DNA of 63,561 nucleotides, the filler included, from Octopus bimaculoides (lineage: Eukaryota), in the NCBI RefSeq assembly GCF_001194135.2. It is 8 parts of 8 records of this genome, joined end to end, with 100 filler letters (N's around TTAATTAATTAA, not from the genome) between each part and the next. Parts side by side here need not be neighbours in the genome. Positions count along the whole stretch, not along the records: positions 45,312 to 50,508 come from NC_068983.1; positions 50,609 to 56,298 come from NC_068981.1; positions 56,399 to 60,889 come from NC_068984.1; positions 60,990 to 62,457 come from NC_068994.1; 4 more parts are not named here. One strand, given 5' to 3'. The translations under genes and the position numbers were made by a program. Below the pieces are notes generated by a model, which did not search any database, was not told the origin of the DNA, and saw only the letters and a program-made list of their open reading frames with translations. Shown piece after piece: positions 49,046-62,398 of this stretch (positions are counted from its first letter, which is position 1; every line of letters starts with the position of its first letter).

Positions 49046-49991
49046 GAAGATTAGCTTGGTTTTCAAGGTTTTTGTCTTTTTAACCCCAAGTCAGCCTTAA
49101 GTTGACTTATCAAAGCTGTTCCAAACATGATCATTTCAAATTGATATCTCGAACTATTATATCCAATATGAGCTTCCATTTTAAAACAGGTGTGATCTGA
49201 GGGAGGTTTGATTGATATTTTTAGTAAGATACAAGACAATGTAGAGATTTTCTTTATTGGCTCAATTTGTTTATTGTTTCTAGCAATCTCAGCAACCATG
49301 TAGAGATCCTCTCTCAGGCTGGAGCTCCTTTGTTATTTTGTCACTCAAGGTGGTACCAAAATGCAATCAAGTTAGCTCATCAAATGACTAACACTAAGGG
49401 AGAAATGGATGCTATCACACAATGGCAATTCATTACCTATCCATTCAACAACTAAGACTATCTTTAGAGCCTTTGTACCACACACTAAGCTGTGTTTGAT
49501 CATTTCCCCTCCAGACCTTCTAGTAATAGTAGTTTGGTCTCAATGGCAGAACATTGAAATATTACAAGTTAATTTTCTCAACCAATCAATTACTAACCAA
49601 TTAGTTTCAGTTATTGGATTGCAGCCATACAGGTTTCATAACCACAGAATTTATTTCTGTCCAATATTTATTCTATTGATCTCTAATGAAGCCACTGAGT
49701 ACAAGACACACGCACATACACAATGATGCTCATCTATATAATTTCTGTTAGAATTCCATTCAAAATGAATTGGTCAACCTGAACCTATAGTGGAAGACAC
49801 TTTCCAGAGATGCTAAGCAATAGGATCAGATATACAATTTCTTAATCACAAAGCTATGCCTGCACTAATTATTATTAAATATAAATATTCAATGCAGGGA
49901 AAACAAAAAAATAAGTCTTATTTGTAAAGATATTTGTCATAAACGTTTGGTGAAAAATACTGTAAGAGTAAACTAAAAAATATTTACTCAC

Positions 49992-50192
49992 CTTATTTGG
50001 ATGTGCTTGAATTGAGAGGGATGTTCTAACAGAAAGCACCTTGAACAAAAAAGGCAACTCTCCTTTGAAGTAGTCATCAGTCTCCTTTCCTAACCGTTCT
50101 GGATGTTCACTGATCCACTCTCCAAGATCTTTCTCATCCATTCCTTCCAAATATATTTTGGAGGGTCCATTTGGATGTGTGCCCATCCATAA
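49992..50192 (-). CDS. MPI: Mannose-6-phosphate isomerase, internal 201-bp exon (phase 0/0)
   Basis: LWMGTHPNGPSKI...GELPFLFKVLSVRTSLSIQAHPNK carries type I PMI motifs LWMGTHP and LSIQAHP; acceptor TTTTTAAAG, donor GTGAGT. Confidence 0.93.
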
Positions 50193-52073
50193 CTTTAAAA
50201 AAAATACAAAACAATGAATTTTGTAATTAAGACAAAATTTTAGTAATCTATATATATATAAAAATGAGAATGTTTGTCTGTGTGTCTGTGTGCTTCCCTA
50301 AAACTCGAGAACTACACAACCAATTTCATTCAATTTTTACACATGCCTTACTTAGGGTCCCGGTTGTATTTTAGTCAAAAAAAATGTTTAACTTCTTGCA
50401 AAGTTTGAGCCCACAGCAACATCATATCTCCTCCACTATTTAAGTATTACGTGTCAAAAGTGAAACAAAAACACTCATGTCAAATACTTTCACTTTAAAA
50501 ATGAAACTNNNNNNNNNNNNNNNNNNNNNNNNNNNNNNNNNNNNNNNNNNNNTTAATTAATTAANNNNNNNNNNNNNNNNNNNNNNNNNNNNNNNNNNNN
50601 NNNNNNNNTGTTGCATTATTTTTTTTTTTTCAATTTTGTTTCTGGTTAATAATGTCAACATTAACCAAAAATAGTCTACTAAATGTAAAAAAACGTTTTT
50701 GTACACCCATTAGACTGTTTTTTTTTTTTTGTTGTTTTGGTGACAGGGCGCTAATCTAGATCCTGAAAGTTATGAGGGAAAAAATAGATCATGTGAACTT
50801 TCCAGCAGTCCTCTCCCCACCCCTTTGGAAAACATTTTCCTCATATATTCCTTTATAATTGTAATCTGTGCCATTTGAACGGTATTTCTATAAAATTTCA
50901 TTAATATATACCCAATGTCCTGAAAGTTGTGAGGGGAAAATCAGATCTTGGGAATTTTTGTTTATAGTTATGTAATTTTAGCTGATCTTGTTGAGTAAAT
51001 TCAACTTTTATGGGCAGGTAAATTTAATTAACAGGTGTAAAAGCAACAACATTATGGATAAACACTAAAATTGAAATTCTTAATGCATCTTACCTGTTTG
51101 ATTTGTTACTAAAATTATCTCAGATGGCAACCAACAAAATGTTTACCACTTTTCAAGATGAAGTATGTTAATTTGAATTAATTAAAATACAGGTATAATT
51201 GATACAAGATTTTATTCTTTTGCTAAATATTTCATACCTCACTGCGGAATAATTTTTTGGGGAGCATTCAATGTATCTGACCTCCAAACTTGCCGCACGC
51301 TACTTTTTTCCAGAAAAGAAGGTGGGAGGAGTGGTAGAGACCTTGAAGTTTCCTACCAAGAGAGTTTTGTTTCACAGGCCTTTTTTTTTTCTTTTCCAGA
51401 TTATTTTGTATGCTTTCAAAGAATGTGACATCAAAATCTTGCATAAATGGCTCATTTTTTCCAGAAAAGATCTGGCTGCTATTTCTAGCATACCCTACTA
51501 CCACATGACAGCTAAATATTTACCGAAATATTTACCAACTTTTTTCCTTCCCTTTATTTTTTCCACCTTAGTTGACTTTGCTTTTCTCCCAGTTCTCTGC
51601 TTTCTAGAAGAAAAGTTCCCACATTATCACAAAGCTATAAGAATTCACTAACATGATTTGTTTATTTTTTAAAAATATTTTGTAGAGGAATTAGATACAA
51701 TGGAATTTGGCTGGTTTAAACACTAAGGAGTTAAAAAGTGCCAAAACTATAAAATCAGCCTTTTTGGTCCTTTTAAGGGCTTTAAAAACACAAAAAGTAT
51801 ATATATGTTTTTCTCTTTTTTTGCTTTAGAGTTAAAAAAATGCTGATTTATATAGTTCTAAATTTCAAAAGGACTAAAAATGGCTGATTTCATAGTTTTG
51901 GCCCTTTTTTAGGTTTTTTAGGTTTTAGAGCCAGAAAAGGGTAAAAAAAACTCATTTGAAACACAATATTAGTATCAAACTAAAAAAACTTTATTGATAA
52001 AGTGGCCATAAAAATTTTTTTTTTTAAATGAAAAACACGATATATGCGTAATTTAATTTTTCCTCTTTTTGTC

Positions 52074-52271
52074 CTAAATTTTATTGATGAGATTCACGTC
52101 CTTCGTGAAAATTAACATACTAAAATTTTTATCAGACAAAGATGATCTCTTGACACTCAAGATGTCTTTGCCCATGAAAAATAAACATTCAACTGCAGCA
52201 CTGGAAGGGATGGATGTGTTGAACTTGACAAACAAGTCCACCAACACTTGCTCACTGAATGACGCGTACAA
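52074..52271 (-). pseudogene. hAT transposase C-terminal dimerisation domain remnant
   Basis: LFVKFNTSIPSSAAVECLFFMGKDILSVKRSSLSDKNF (PSSAxVERLFS-like); subterminal inverted blocks at ~51740-51775 and ~51868-51903. Confidence 0.75.
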
Positions 52272-52496
52272 TATTAAATATGCTAAGACAATCAGAAAAC
52301 AATAGACACTTGTAAACGTCTACTGGTTTTTTGAAATTTTAGGGTTCATGGACTTGAGTTAATGGAAGCTAAATATAACGGAAGTTAATTCAACAAATAA
52401 TAATTTTCAAAGTTAACTTAAAAGTTAAAACGTTTACAAAAATATTAACTTCATTAATTAACGATTAATGGATTTACACCCAGCTCTGTATGTATG

Positions 52497-52532
<36 letters not shown>

Positions 52533-52714
52533 GCTTGAAACAAGAAATGTCTCAATTCTAAGCAACAAGTTGATTTCAACATATTTTTGCAAGACTGATC
52601 TCTGAGTTAATCAGTTTTTTAGGATAGAAGAACTTTTTCATATCTTCTATAACTGGTATTTTAACGTACATTCTAAGAAAAAAAAATTTACAATTATTTT
52701 AATCCATCATCATC

Positions 52715-52875
52715 ATTATCATCATCATCATTGTCGTCGTTTCACGTCCACTTTCCATGCTGGCATGGGTTGGACAGTTTCACTGAGGGCTGGCTATCCA
52801 GAAGGCTACACCAGGGTCCAGTCTGATCTGGCAAAGTTTCTACAGCTGGATGCCCTTCCTAATGCCAACCACTCC
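52715..52875 (-). mobile_element. RTE-type 3' end with (CAT)n tail
   Basis: CGTCCACTTTCCATGCTGGCATGGGTTGGAC...TTTCTACAGCTGGATGCCCTTCCTAATGCCAACC. Confidence 0.75.
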
Positions 52876-53939
52876 AAGAATGTGTATGCAGGTGCTTATG
52901 CCTCTTCAAGAGAGAGGGAATTATTTTAATTCATTAATGATAAATATAATATTGCATATAACTTCTTTTTATGTTTTGCAATTTTCAGAAAACTTTTGTG
53001 AATCTGTTTTCTACACATGAAAATTCAAATGATTATGAAAAACAATTTTGTGTAATTGAAGAGTGATTTAGCTGTTATTTTTAGTACATCTCACGACCTA
53101 CTGATACCTTNNNNNNNNNNNNNNNNNNNNNNNNNNNNNNNNNNNNNNNNNNNNNNNNNNNNNNNNNNNNNNNNNNNNNNNNNNNNNNNNNNNNNNNNNN
53201 NNNNNNNNNNNNNNNNNNNNNNNNNNNNNNNNNNNNNNNNNNNNNNNNNNNNNNNNNNNNNNNNNNNNNNNNNNNNNNNNNNNNNNNNNNNNNNNNNNNN
53301 NNNNNNNNNNNNNNNNNNACACCAGGGTCCAGTCTGATCTGGCAAAGTTTCTACAGCTGGATGCCCTTCCTAATGCCAACCACTCCAAGAATGTGTATGC
53401 AGGTGCTTATGCCTCTTCAAGAGAGAGGGAATTATTTTAATTCATTAATGATAAATATAATATTGCATATAACTTCTTTTTATGTTTTGCAATTTTCAGA
53501 AAATTTTTGTGAATTTGTGTTCTATGCACTGGAATTCATATGCTTTTGGCAAAAAAAAAGGAAAAAAATTAAAAAGAATTTTTTAAAACCTCATAAATCC
53601 TAAAAATTTCCTACTTCTTTTCATTTTTTTTTTTTTAATCGGAGTTTAAAATACAGACATACAGAACATTTTGCTTAACTTCCAGCAATGGACCACTCTT
53701 GAACAATATCAATGCTTCATAGAAACAAAGAAACGAAGAAGGTATCAGGTGGCTGTGCGATGTGCTGAAAACAACAGCTAAATTGCCTAAATCACACACA
53801 AGAATTATATTTGCCTAATCTTTTGAATTCCCGTGTGTAGAAACCAAATTTACAAAAAATTTCTGAAAACTTCCAAAAATAAGAAAGTTACGAGGGGTTA
53901 TATGGGGTGCTTAAATCAAAATTCTCCTCCTCCGACTAA

Positions 53940-55973
53940 GAAGAAATGCTAACGGTATTCATTTGAATATCTGTCTTGTGGTTGTATTCTATCACCACAG
54001 AATGAAGCGAAACCAATGTGTCTCATATGTATGGATGTGCTATCAAATGGTAGCATGAAGCCAGCTCAGCTCAAAATCCATTCAGAGACCAAGCTCAAAG
54101 ACAAGTAAAACAATCCAGTAGAATATTTTAGAAAACTGTGCAATGAATTCCAAGCAAGAAAAATGGTGAATAAGTTATTTAGTAATCAATTGTGTCAAAA
54201 TGATAATGGTTGACTGGAATCCTATGGAATTTCTAAAATGATAGCAATGATTGGGAAACCTCATAATATTGGTGAAACTGTAATTTTTCCAGTGGTATCT
54301 GTCATAATTTTATCTTTTATGAAACAAAATGCTAATGAAATTCCTTGTAAGATTCCTTTAATTAACTCATCAGTGTAGCGGTGCATTAATGAAATGGCTA
54401 AGGTGTAGAAAAGCAACTTGTAGCCAAACTGCAAGTAAAGAAATTTACTCTTCAGCCTGATGAAATCTATCCTGAGAGATAGTAAAGTTATAGTATTGAT
54501 ATACTTCAGTTTTTAGATTGTAATGGATCCAGAGAGGAAATGCTTTTTACCAGACATCTTAAAACAGATATTAAAGGCGAAACAATTTTCAAAGGCACTA
54601 TAACTTATTTCAAGGAACATAATATTTCCCTGAGAAATATAAGAGTTGTGCTAATGACAGTGCTTCGCCCATGATTGGCAGATACAGAGGTGTTATTGCC
54701 TGTTTAATAAATGCTGTATTTTGTGTACACTGTGTACTAACACCTGCAACACCTTCTTGCAAAACAATTAAGTGCATATCTGCATGATGCCTTTAATATT
54801 GTAATATTATTTAAAAAACTACATCTTTCATTAATTCTGTAATCAAAATGGAGAATTTGAACACTTTGTAATTCAAACATTCATGATATGGTTATCAAAA
54901 TGTAAATTGTCTGTGTTATTATTATTATTATTATTATTATTTTGTACTTTGGTATATTATTGTCTCATTCCAGGCTAAAAACAAATGGTAACAGCTAAAT
55001 GCAATATATTTTATTTATCAGAAATATTTGATAAAATATATCTGATAAATATATATCTGAGTAACGGATAAAATATATCTGACAAAAAGCTTCGAGGAGA
55101 AAACTTTGATCTCCTATCCTCCAAATGAGCTATTATTGCTTTTCTGGGGAAAGTACAGCTCTAGAAAATAAATATTGTATGTTGTGTATTATTGCAATCT
55201 CATTGTTTGGAATCAGTTAACAGTAATCTGCATGATGGTGACCTTGTATTATTTACTGAACATTTGAAAAACTTGCCTAATGATATGCAAGCTCGGTTTA
55301 ATGACCTGCTGAAGTTAAATATACTGTGTTGGGTGACATTTCATTTTGAAGTTAATGTTGCTCTATGTAGGTGTCTGTTTGCAGGAGAATCTCATTGAAT
55401 TGCAGAGTGATGAAATATTTCAGGCAAGATTTTTAAAGATGGAGAACATAATGTATGGTAAAAAAAAATAACACTGCTACAAAGTATCCACTATTCTGGT
55501 GGGGGATGCTTTTCCCTTGTCTTACCTTGTTGGATCTGGTTTCAGCCATGTCACTAACTTACTGTGAAAAGCTCGTAAGCAAATCGACATTGTAGAAAAA
55601 TGTGATCTTCCATTATCATTGACAACATAAGAGGAGAATATTTTAAAACTAGCAGAGCAGCACCAACCACCAGACTTGCATTAAAGAAATTAACACTAAA
55701 GTACTACCTTATATTAATAAATATATACCTGTATATTTATTTTACTTGTGAGCATTGATTTTCTGTAAAATTTAGTTGTTAAGAAATTGGTTATAGGTAC
55801 ACAAGATATTTTAACGATTTTTGTACAAGTCCTAATAATATTCAATTATAAAAATACAATATGATTTTTTTGAATATCGAATGGGTATGGTGGGTGTGTG
55901 TAGGGCGGGTCCACAGGAGTAAAATAGGAATGAAAAGGGTTCACAGGTAAAAAAAAAAGTTTGAGAACACCTG
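53940..55973 (+). mobile_element. Charlie/Buster-type hAT fossil with right TIR
   Basis: RYSFEYL...PMCLICMDVLSNGSMKPAQL...SYGISKMIAMIGKPHNIGETVI; ends AAAAGTTTGAGAACACCTG; many stops. Confidence 0.8.
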
Positions 55974-57195
55974 GTTTACGTAGCTGTTGTTGAAGTTGAA
56001 AGTTTGAAATATAGGTGACAGGTACTATTTTCAAGAAATTTTCCCTCCAATTTGACCCAATTGTAATTGAGGTAACTAATAAAATATCTGGATAATTTTT
56101 GGGTGAAGAAGCTATAAGGAATATTTTGTTGAGTTTTTAGATTTAGTTCCGTTTGATTGTGTTGTGTCTGGGGAGAGTCTTTCTGTTGCATTAATTTCAT
56201 ATTATGTGCTATTTTTCCATAACCCTCTTTTGTGTGACCAAGATATTTAAGATTTTGTTGCATTTCTGATCTTTCTTATGTCTAAGGATGGATGTTTANN
56301 NNNNNNNNNNNNNNNNNNNNNNNNNNNNNNNNNNNNNNNNNNTTAATTAATTAANNNNNNNNNNNNNNNNNNNNNNNNNNNNNNNNNNNNNNNNNNNNTA
56401 TATATATATATATATATATATCACTATACTCTCATGTCGAGTGTTTTGCAAAGCAAAATAAAACCAGACAATGTTGTAACTGAACAACTCGCACAAAGAA
56501 TTTGTTTTCAATGGTAACCTGTTGCTACGGTCGTAATTTTTCAACTGTTTCACTCCATCTCTGCTAGCGTAGGGCATAGAATGTAACGTCTATTAACATC
56601 TTTTTCTACAAACTTTCCACTTTGACACCACCCATCTACCGTAAATTTTGTTAGGTACACGTTGACCCTACTCTGTTGTCGACCCTACTCTGTTGTCGAT
56701 TTTTTGACAGGTTCTGTTTTTGCCTTGCTACATTTCCACCAAAGCTCTTCACCAGGCTAGTTAGGTGGAGGTACTAGTTTAGTTGCCGTTGACCCAGATT
56801 TATAATAAAAAGCGATTGTGTTTAGGAGTGGTGTAAATATATTTTAATTGGAATAACTATCGATGACAGTCAAAGCATGAAGGTAGATGTATATTACTAC
56901 TCGACAATCCGAGAGACGGTGAAACTGATAGGCGTAATATAATCAGTAGCTAACCAACATTTGAATAAGGTTTTTATACATGGCATTTTTACATTGAATT
57001 CTTTACTATTTAAGCTTATTTACTACAAAAATCTATATAACGTATACGTGTATGTGTGTGCTGTACGTAGTATGTATATATTTATATTTACATTGGGATG
57101 TGTGTGTGTGTGTGTGTNNNNNNNNNNNNNNNNNNNNNNNNNNNNNNNNNNNNNNNNNNNNNNNNNNNNNNNNNNNNNNNNNNNNNNNNNNNNNN

Positions 57196-57233
<38 letters not shown>

Positions 57234-57434
57234 AGGGCGGTGTCCCAGCATGACTGCAGTCTAATGTCTATAACAAGTAAAAGTTAAAGAATAAATACCA
57301 TAAATCAGACACACCTCTACATCTCTCCAAGAATTGCTTGATCAATTTAAATTCCGTAGATCAATTACTTCCTTGTCTCTTATTAAGGTAAATGATTTTG
57401 CTCCTTTTCATTATCTTTTATTATTTATCTTTTA

Positions 57435-57610
57435 TTACTTTCACTCTTTGGACTGCATTTTAGTCGAACAAATCGACCTCAGTAATTATTTTGAAACCTG
57501 GTACTTATTCTATTGATATCTGTTTGCCGCACCGCTAAGTTACGGGAAAGTAAATAAACACCAGTTGTCAAGGTTGGCTGCGTGGGGAGGGACAAACACA
57601 TACAAATAAT
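57435..57610 (-). mobile_element. SINE family 2, 3' half
   Basis: TTTAGTCGAACAAATCGACCTCAG...GGTACTTATTCTATTG...CCGCTAAGTTACGGG. Confidence 0.75.
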
Positions 57611-57667
57611 CCACACGCACGCGCACACACAAGTATGTATGTATGTATGTATGTATGTACAATGGTG

Positions 57668-58236
57668 CTTCTTTCCGACTGCCCGAAAAACACAACAACA
57701 ACTAACTAAACACATAGAAAAAGCCTTGCTGCCTACACCGCCATCCACACAAAAAACAACAAAAGCAATATTAACAACATCAACGACAGAAAATACAACA
57801 AAAACTGCAAAATTAAGAAACAAAGAAGACGAAAAAAGGAGAGACAATACAAAAACTGATACCCCTTCCCCCACATTACTTACACCACAACCAAAAATTC
57901 AACAACCAACAACAACAAAAACAACAACACAACCACTTACACAAGCAAACACAGATCCATACAACATGTCCCTAACTCCTTCCGATTCCTCACAGTTTTC
58001 ATCTGAAGACGAGTCAAGTAATGAGGAATGGAAAATAGCCCAAAAAGGAAGGAGGAAGAGGAGCAAAAAAAGAAAAACGAACAACAAAGCAGGGAGAATC
58101 ACATCTCCCGAAAACACTCCCAACTTCTACATGATAGACACCCATAATAACACACCAAAAACAATGCTAACAGCAATAGACACTACAAACACAGAGTTGA
58201 TGAAATACATCAACTCTAAAACAAACATCACAAATA
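57668..58236 (+). other. Open A/C-rich reading frame, possible LINE ORF1 N-terminus
   Basis: No stop over ~190 codons; T/P/K-rich, acidic SSEDESSNEEW followed by basic KGRRKRSKKRK; runs into a gap. Confidence 0.4.
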
Positions 58237-58766
58237 NNNNNNNNNNNNNNNNNNNNNNNNNNNNNNNNNNNNNNNNNNNNNNNNNNNNNNNNNNNNNNNN
58301 NNNNNNNNNNNNNNNNNNNNNNNNNNNNNNNNNNNNNNNNNNNNNNNNNNNNNNNNNNNNNNNNNNNNNNNNNNNNNNNNNNNNNNNNNNNNNNNNNNNN
58401 NNNNNNNNNNNNNNNNNNNNNNNNNNNNNNNNNNNNNNNNNNNNNNNNNNNNNNNNNNNNNNNNNNNNNNNNNNNNNNNNNNNNNNNNNNNNNNNNNNNN
58501 NNNNNNNNNNNNNNNNNNNNNNNNNNNNNNNNNNNNNNNNNNNNNNNNNNNNNNNNNNNNNNNNNNNNNNNNNNNNNNNNNNNNNNNNNNNNNNNNNNNN
58601 NNNNNNNNNNNNNNNNNNNNNNNNNNNNNNNNNNNNNNNNNNNNNNNNNNNNNNNNNNNNNNNNNNNNNNNNNNNNNNNNNNNNNNNNNNNNNNNNNNNN
58701 NNNNNNNNNNNNNNNNNNNNNNNNNNNNNNNNNNNNNNNNNNNNNNNNNNNNNNNNNNNNNNNNNA

Positions 58767-59745
58767 AGAGTCTGGATCTCGAAGTAAAGACGATATTCAT
58801 AGACCCGGAGGGTAGACTGGTTGTGCTGGATGTCGACGGCAGCGATGGTTGCGCTTTTCGGCTGCTAGCAGTCTATGTTCCTCCTTTAACAGGTCGGTCG
58901 GATTTCTTTCGACGTCTAGAGGTATTCCTGGGAACGTCTCGTCCTTTACTTTTAGTGGGGATTGGAATGCTACCTTGGACACGCATCTAGACTACGTAGG
59001 AAGAGACAACAATAGAAGAGGATGTAAATGCTTCAGAGACCTGCTCAGACGCTTTCAACTGTCTGACAGGTACCGACTCGAACACCCAAATGTGCCAACG
59101 TGGACATGGAATAACCGCATTGGGTCGTCGAGATCGTATCTAGATAGGATAGTATGTAGGAAAATAGATAGAGATAGCTTAGGATGTCCACAATTCCACA
59201 CAGTCAGCTTCACGGATCACAAACTTGTGACGTGTACGCTAGACTTAGATAAGGCACATAGGCAGGGTCCCGGTTACTGGAAACTAAACGCGTCTTTCCC
59301 GTCGAGACAAGTTTTCAGAGACCGGATTAGCACGTTAGTAAAGAGGGCTTTGATGGGAGCTATCATCAACAACAAATGGTGGTTTGCCCTCAAGAGAGCA
59401 GTAAAAGCAGAAGCAACTAGATATTGCAAGGCACTAGCCGTAGATAGAAAGAGAGTAGAGGGAGAGCTAGTGAATAAGTTAGAGGAGGTATTAAGAAGCG
59501 GCATCGCATCCGACGTTTTGGCGGCGAAATTGGCCCTCGAACAACATTTCAACGCCAAACACGAAGGATGTGCTGTCAGGGCAAGGATGCATGCTCTAAG
59601 GAACGAAGGTGTTGGAGCCGCGCGAGAGGCCCGGGTGGCGGAGGCGCAGCGAGGCAACAGAGCCACCATCCGGTCTCTGGTAGATGAACAGGGGCGCGAA
59701 TTGCTCGAGCCGAGCAAGATGTGCGAGGCGTTTCAGCGGCATTTT
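58767..59745 (+). pseudogene. L1/Tx1-like ORF2 APE endonuclease region with one frameshift
   Basis: IDPEGRLVVLDV...LLAVYVPP...LLLVG/DWNA...LSDRYRL...WTW...SYLDRI...FTDHKLV...GPGYWKLNAS. Confidence 0.88.
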
Positions 59746-60119
59746 NNNNNNNNNNNNNNNNNNNNNNNNNNNNNNNNNNNNNNNNNNNNNNNNNNNNNNN
59801 NNNNNNNNNNNNNNNNNNNNNNNNNNNNNNNNNNNNNNNNNNNNNNNNNNNNNNNNNNNNNNNNNNNNNNNNNNNNNNNNNNNNNNNNNNNNNNNNNNNN
59901 NNNNNNNNNNNNNNNNNNNNNNNNNNNNNNNNNNNNNNNNNNNNNNACGTTTCTTGCATAAAGAAAAAGAATTTTATTTAACAAATTGTGACACTAAGGA
60001 CCGAGGTTACCGTGGTCTTTTCCGTAGGTTTTTCTTTCCACGGATAACCTCCCCATTTATTGGGAAATTTTTATAATATTTTCTTTTTTTTTTTGTACAT
60101 ACCCCAAACGTTTTCTCGA

Positions 60120-60250
60120 TGCCTTTTCATCGTTATCTCCATTTTATTTTTTTACTTTATTTTCGTCCCTATCGAAAAGAAAAACTCTACATTTGTATTT
60201 TTGTCCCCTCTATGTTGAGCCCTGTGTGGCTAATAAAGAAACATATCTAT
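60120..60250 (+). mobile_element. LINE 3' terminus, same family as 14476-14685
   Basis: CGAAAAGAAAAACTCTACATTTGTATTTTTGTCCCCTCTATGTTGAGCCCTGTGTGGCTAATAAAGAAACATATCTATC. Confidence 0.75.
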
Positions 60251-60686
60251 CAAGAAGCCTAGAACCACATTATGATGTGCCCTTTTCCAAGAAAGTTGAG
60301 TGTGAATTGAGGGAGATTTACCAACTATTTCTATCAGGCCGCATAACCACAGAAGTGACTTCTCAGTTATCATTTAATTTGTATCCATTGTAAATATAGT
60401 GCGCGCGTGCATGCGGGCGTATGTGCGTGTGTGTGTGTGTTTTGGAGGGGGTAGCGATGTGTCATTAATCAAGAAGACCTAGTCTTATTGAGAACATCGT
60501 GTATAAATACATCCTGTATAAATGAGTTGAGCGGAGTGTCGTGCGCGTGTGTGTGCGTGTGCGACGGAGTACGCATGAAAATTTAGTCATCCAACCCATC
60601 TCCACCCACGCTTTCTGTCTCTCTGCGGCTCAACACGGCGGACCTGCTAGAGATACTACCCAGTTCCACTAAACTAAAACTCACAT

Positions 60687-60737
<51 letters not shown>

Positions 60738-62055
60738 TCCTCGCTCCCATTTAATCTGAAATTAATCCGGCGCAGATCCCACAATTTTCCTCTCTGTTCC
60801 GCTTATCTTCAACAGCATCACCACCATCTTCTGATCTCATTCATTTCTCTTTCTCTCTCTTTTACTCTCTCCTCTCTCTTTCTCACTCTNNNNNNNNNNN
60901 NNNNNNNNNNNNNNNNNNNNNNNNNNNNNNNNNTTAATTAATTAANNNNNNNNNNNNNNNNNNNNNNNNNNNNNNNNNNNNNNNNNNNNTATATATATAG
61001 GTGAGAAAGTTGGTATGTGAAAGCACGTGGTTGGATGTATAAAAGATAATAAGAGTGAAAAAAACTACAGAAGGCTTGTGTTACATGGTTAAAGTATATA
61101 TTTAAATTATGTCAGAAAAATGTTAGAAAAATGTTATAAAATCTTTTTGGTATATAAACATTGTATTTTGTGAAATAACCGGTTTCGTGTTGTCTTTTCA
61201 AATTTCTCTACTTCATTGTAACGTGTTCGCTCCAGTATGTGATACGACGCTATATAAAAGCTTGGATATTTACAAATGAGAGAATGATACACTTGGTGCA
61301 TGTAGTATAATGTTCGAAACTCCGGGTTACTCCGAGTTTCCTGTTTCCGTTTCTTTCAGGGAATATACATGTTTCTGTTTGTGCATGCATACACAAACGT
61401 ATGAGGATAGCGTATACTTATAAAAATATATACATGTATATATACATGTATATATACGCATATATATATACACATATATGTACATATATATNNNNNNNNN
61501 NNNNNNNNNNNNNNNNNNNNNNNNNNNNNNNNNNNNNNNNNNNNNNNNNNNNNNNNNNNNNNNNNNNNNNNNNNNNNNNNNNNNNNNNNNNNNNNNNNNN
61601 NNNNNNNNNNNNNNNNNNNNNNNNNNNNNNNNNNNNNNNNNNNNNNNNNNNNNNNNNNNNNNNNNNNNNNNNNNNNNNNNNNNNNNNNNNNNNNNNNNNN
61701 NNNNNNNNNNNNNNNNNNNNNNNNNNNNNNNNNNNNNNNNNNNNNNNNNNNNNNNNNNNNNNNNNNNNNNNNNNNNNNNNNNNNNNNNNNNNNNNNNNNN
61801 NNNNNNNNNNNNNNNNNNNNNNNNNNNNNNNNNNNNNNNNNNNNNNNNNNNNNNNNNNNNNNNNNNNNNNNNNNNNNNNNNNNNNNNNNNNNNNNTATAT
61901 ATATACGTACATCTTACACATATACACTCACATACACGCATAGTTATATATAAAGATGCATACACATGTATATGCGTATATGTGTATGTGTGTGTATGCG
62001 TTTGTATTGTAAATCTTAAAGTTGTAACATTCATGACTGTTGACTTTGGATTTAC

Positions 62056-62398
62056 AAGTGCAGCACTCTTCCTGCCGGCTCCTGGTACATTTCCTTTCCT
62101 AAAAAGATCAATTCCAGTACACAAAAACAAATGAAAAGTTTATATGGAATCATAAATAACCACCACATTGAACATTAACTTGAACATTAACGATAGAGAC
62201 GATATTACCTATACAACGTAATGCTAAAAAGCAATACATAGCATCCATTGATCCCAAATAATGTAGACTCATTTATAGCTGAAAGAAAATGGCCGACGCT
62301 AAAACCTGAAATACGACACCAATTACCATCAGTAAAGGAAGAACCAATCCTGTAATACCTACCTTGTATGAAATGCCAGCAGTGTACAGCAGCAGTCA
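62056..62398 (-). CDS. Candidate three-exon fragment of an unknown membrane protein (62363-62398, 62209-62278, 62056-62098)
   Basis: GT-AG introns of ~84 and 110 bp with pyrimidine tracts; phases are compatible and give TAAVHCWHFIQ-AINESTLFGINGCYVLLFSITLY-RKGNVPGAGRKSAAL; the middle exon is open in only one frame. Confidence 0.4.

Noticed and set aside
52810-53530. ~190-bp direct duplication across a gap
   Set aside because: Near-identical on either side of Ns; probably an unmerged overlap or haplotype
56664-56697. 17-bp perfect tandem duplication GACCCTACTCTGTTGTC
   Set aside because: Two units only; ordinary slippage
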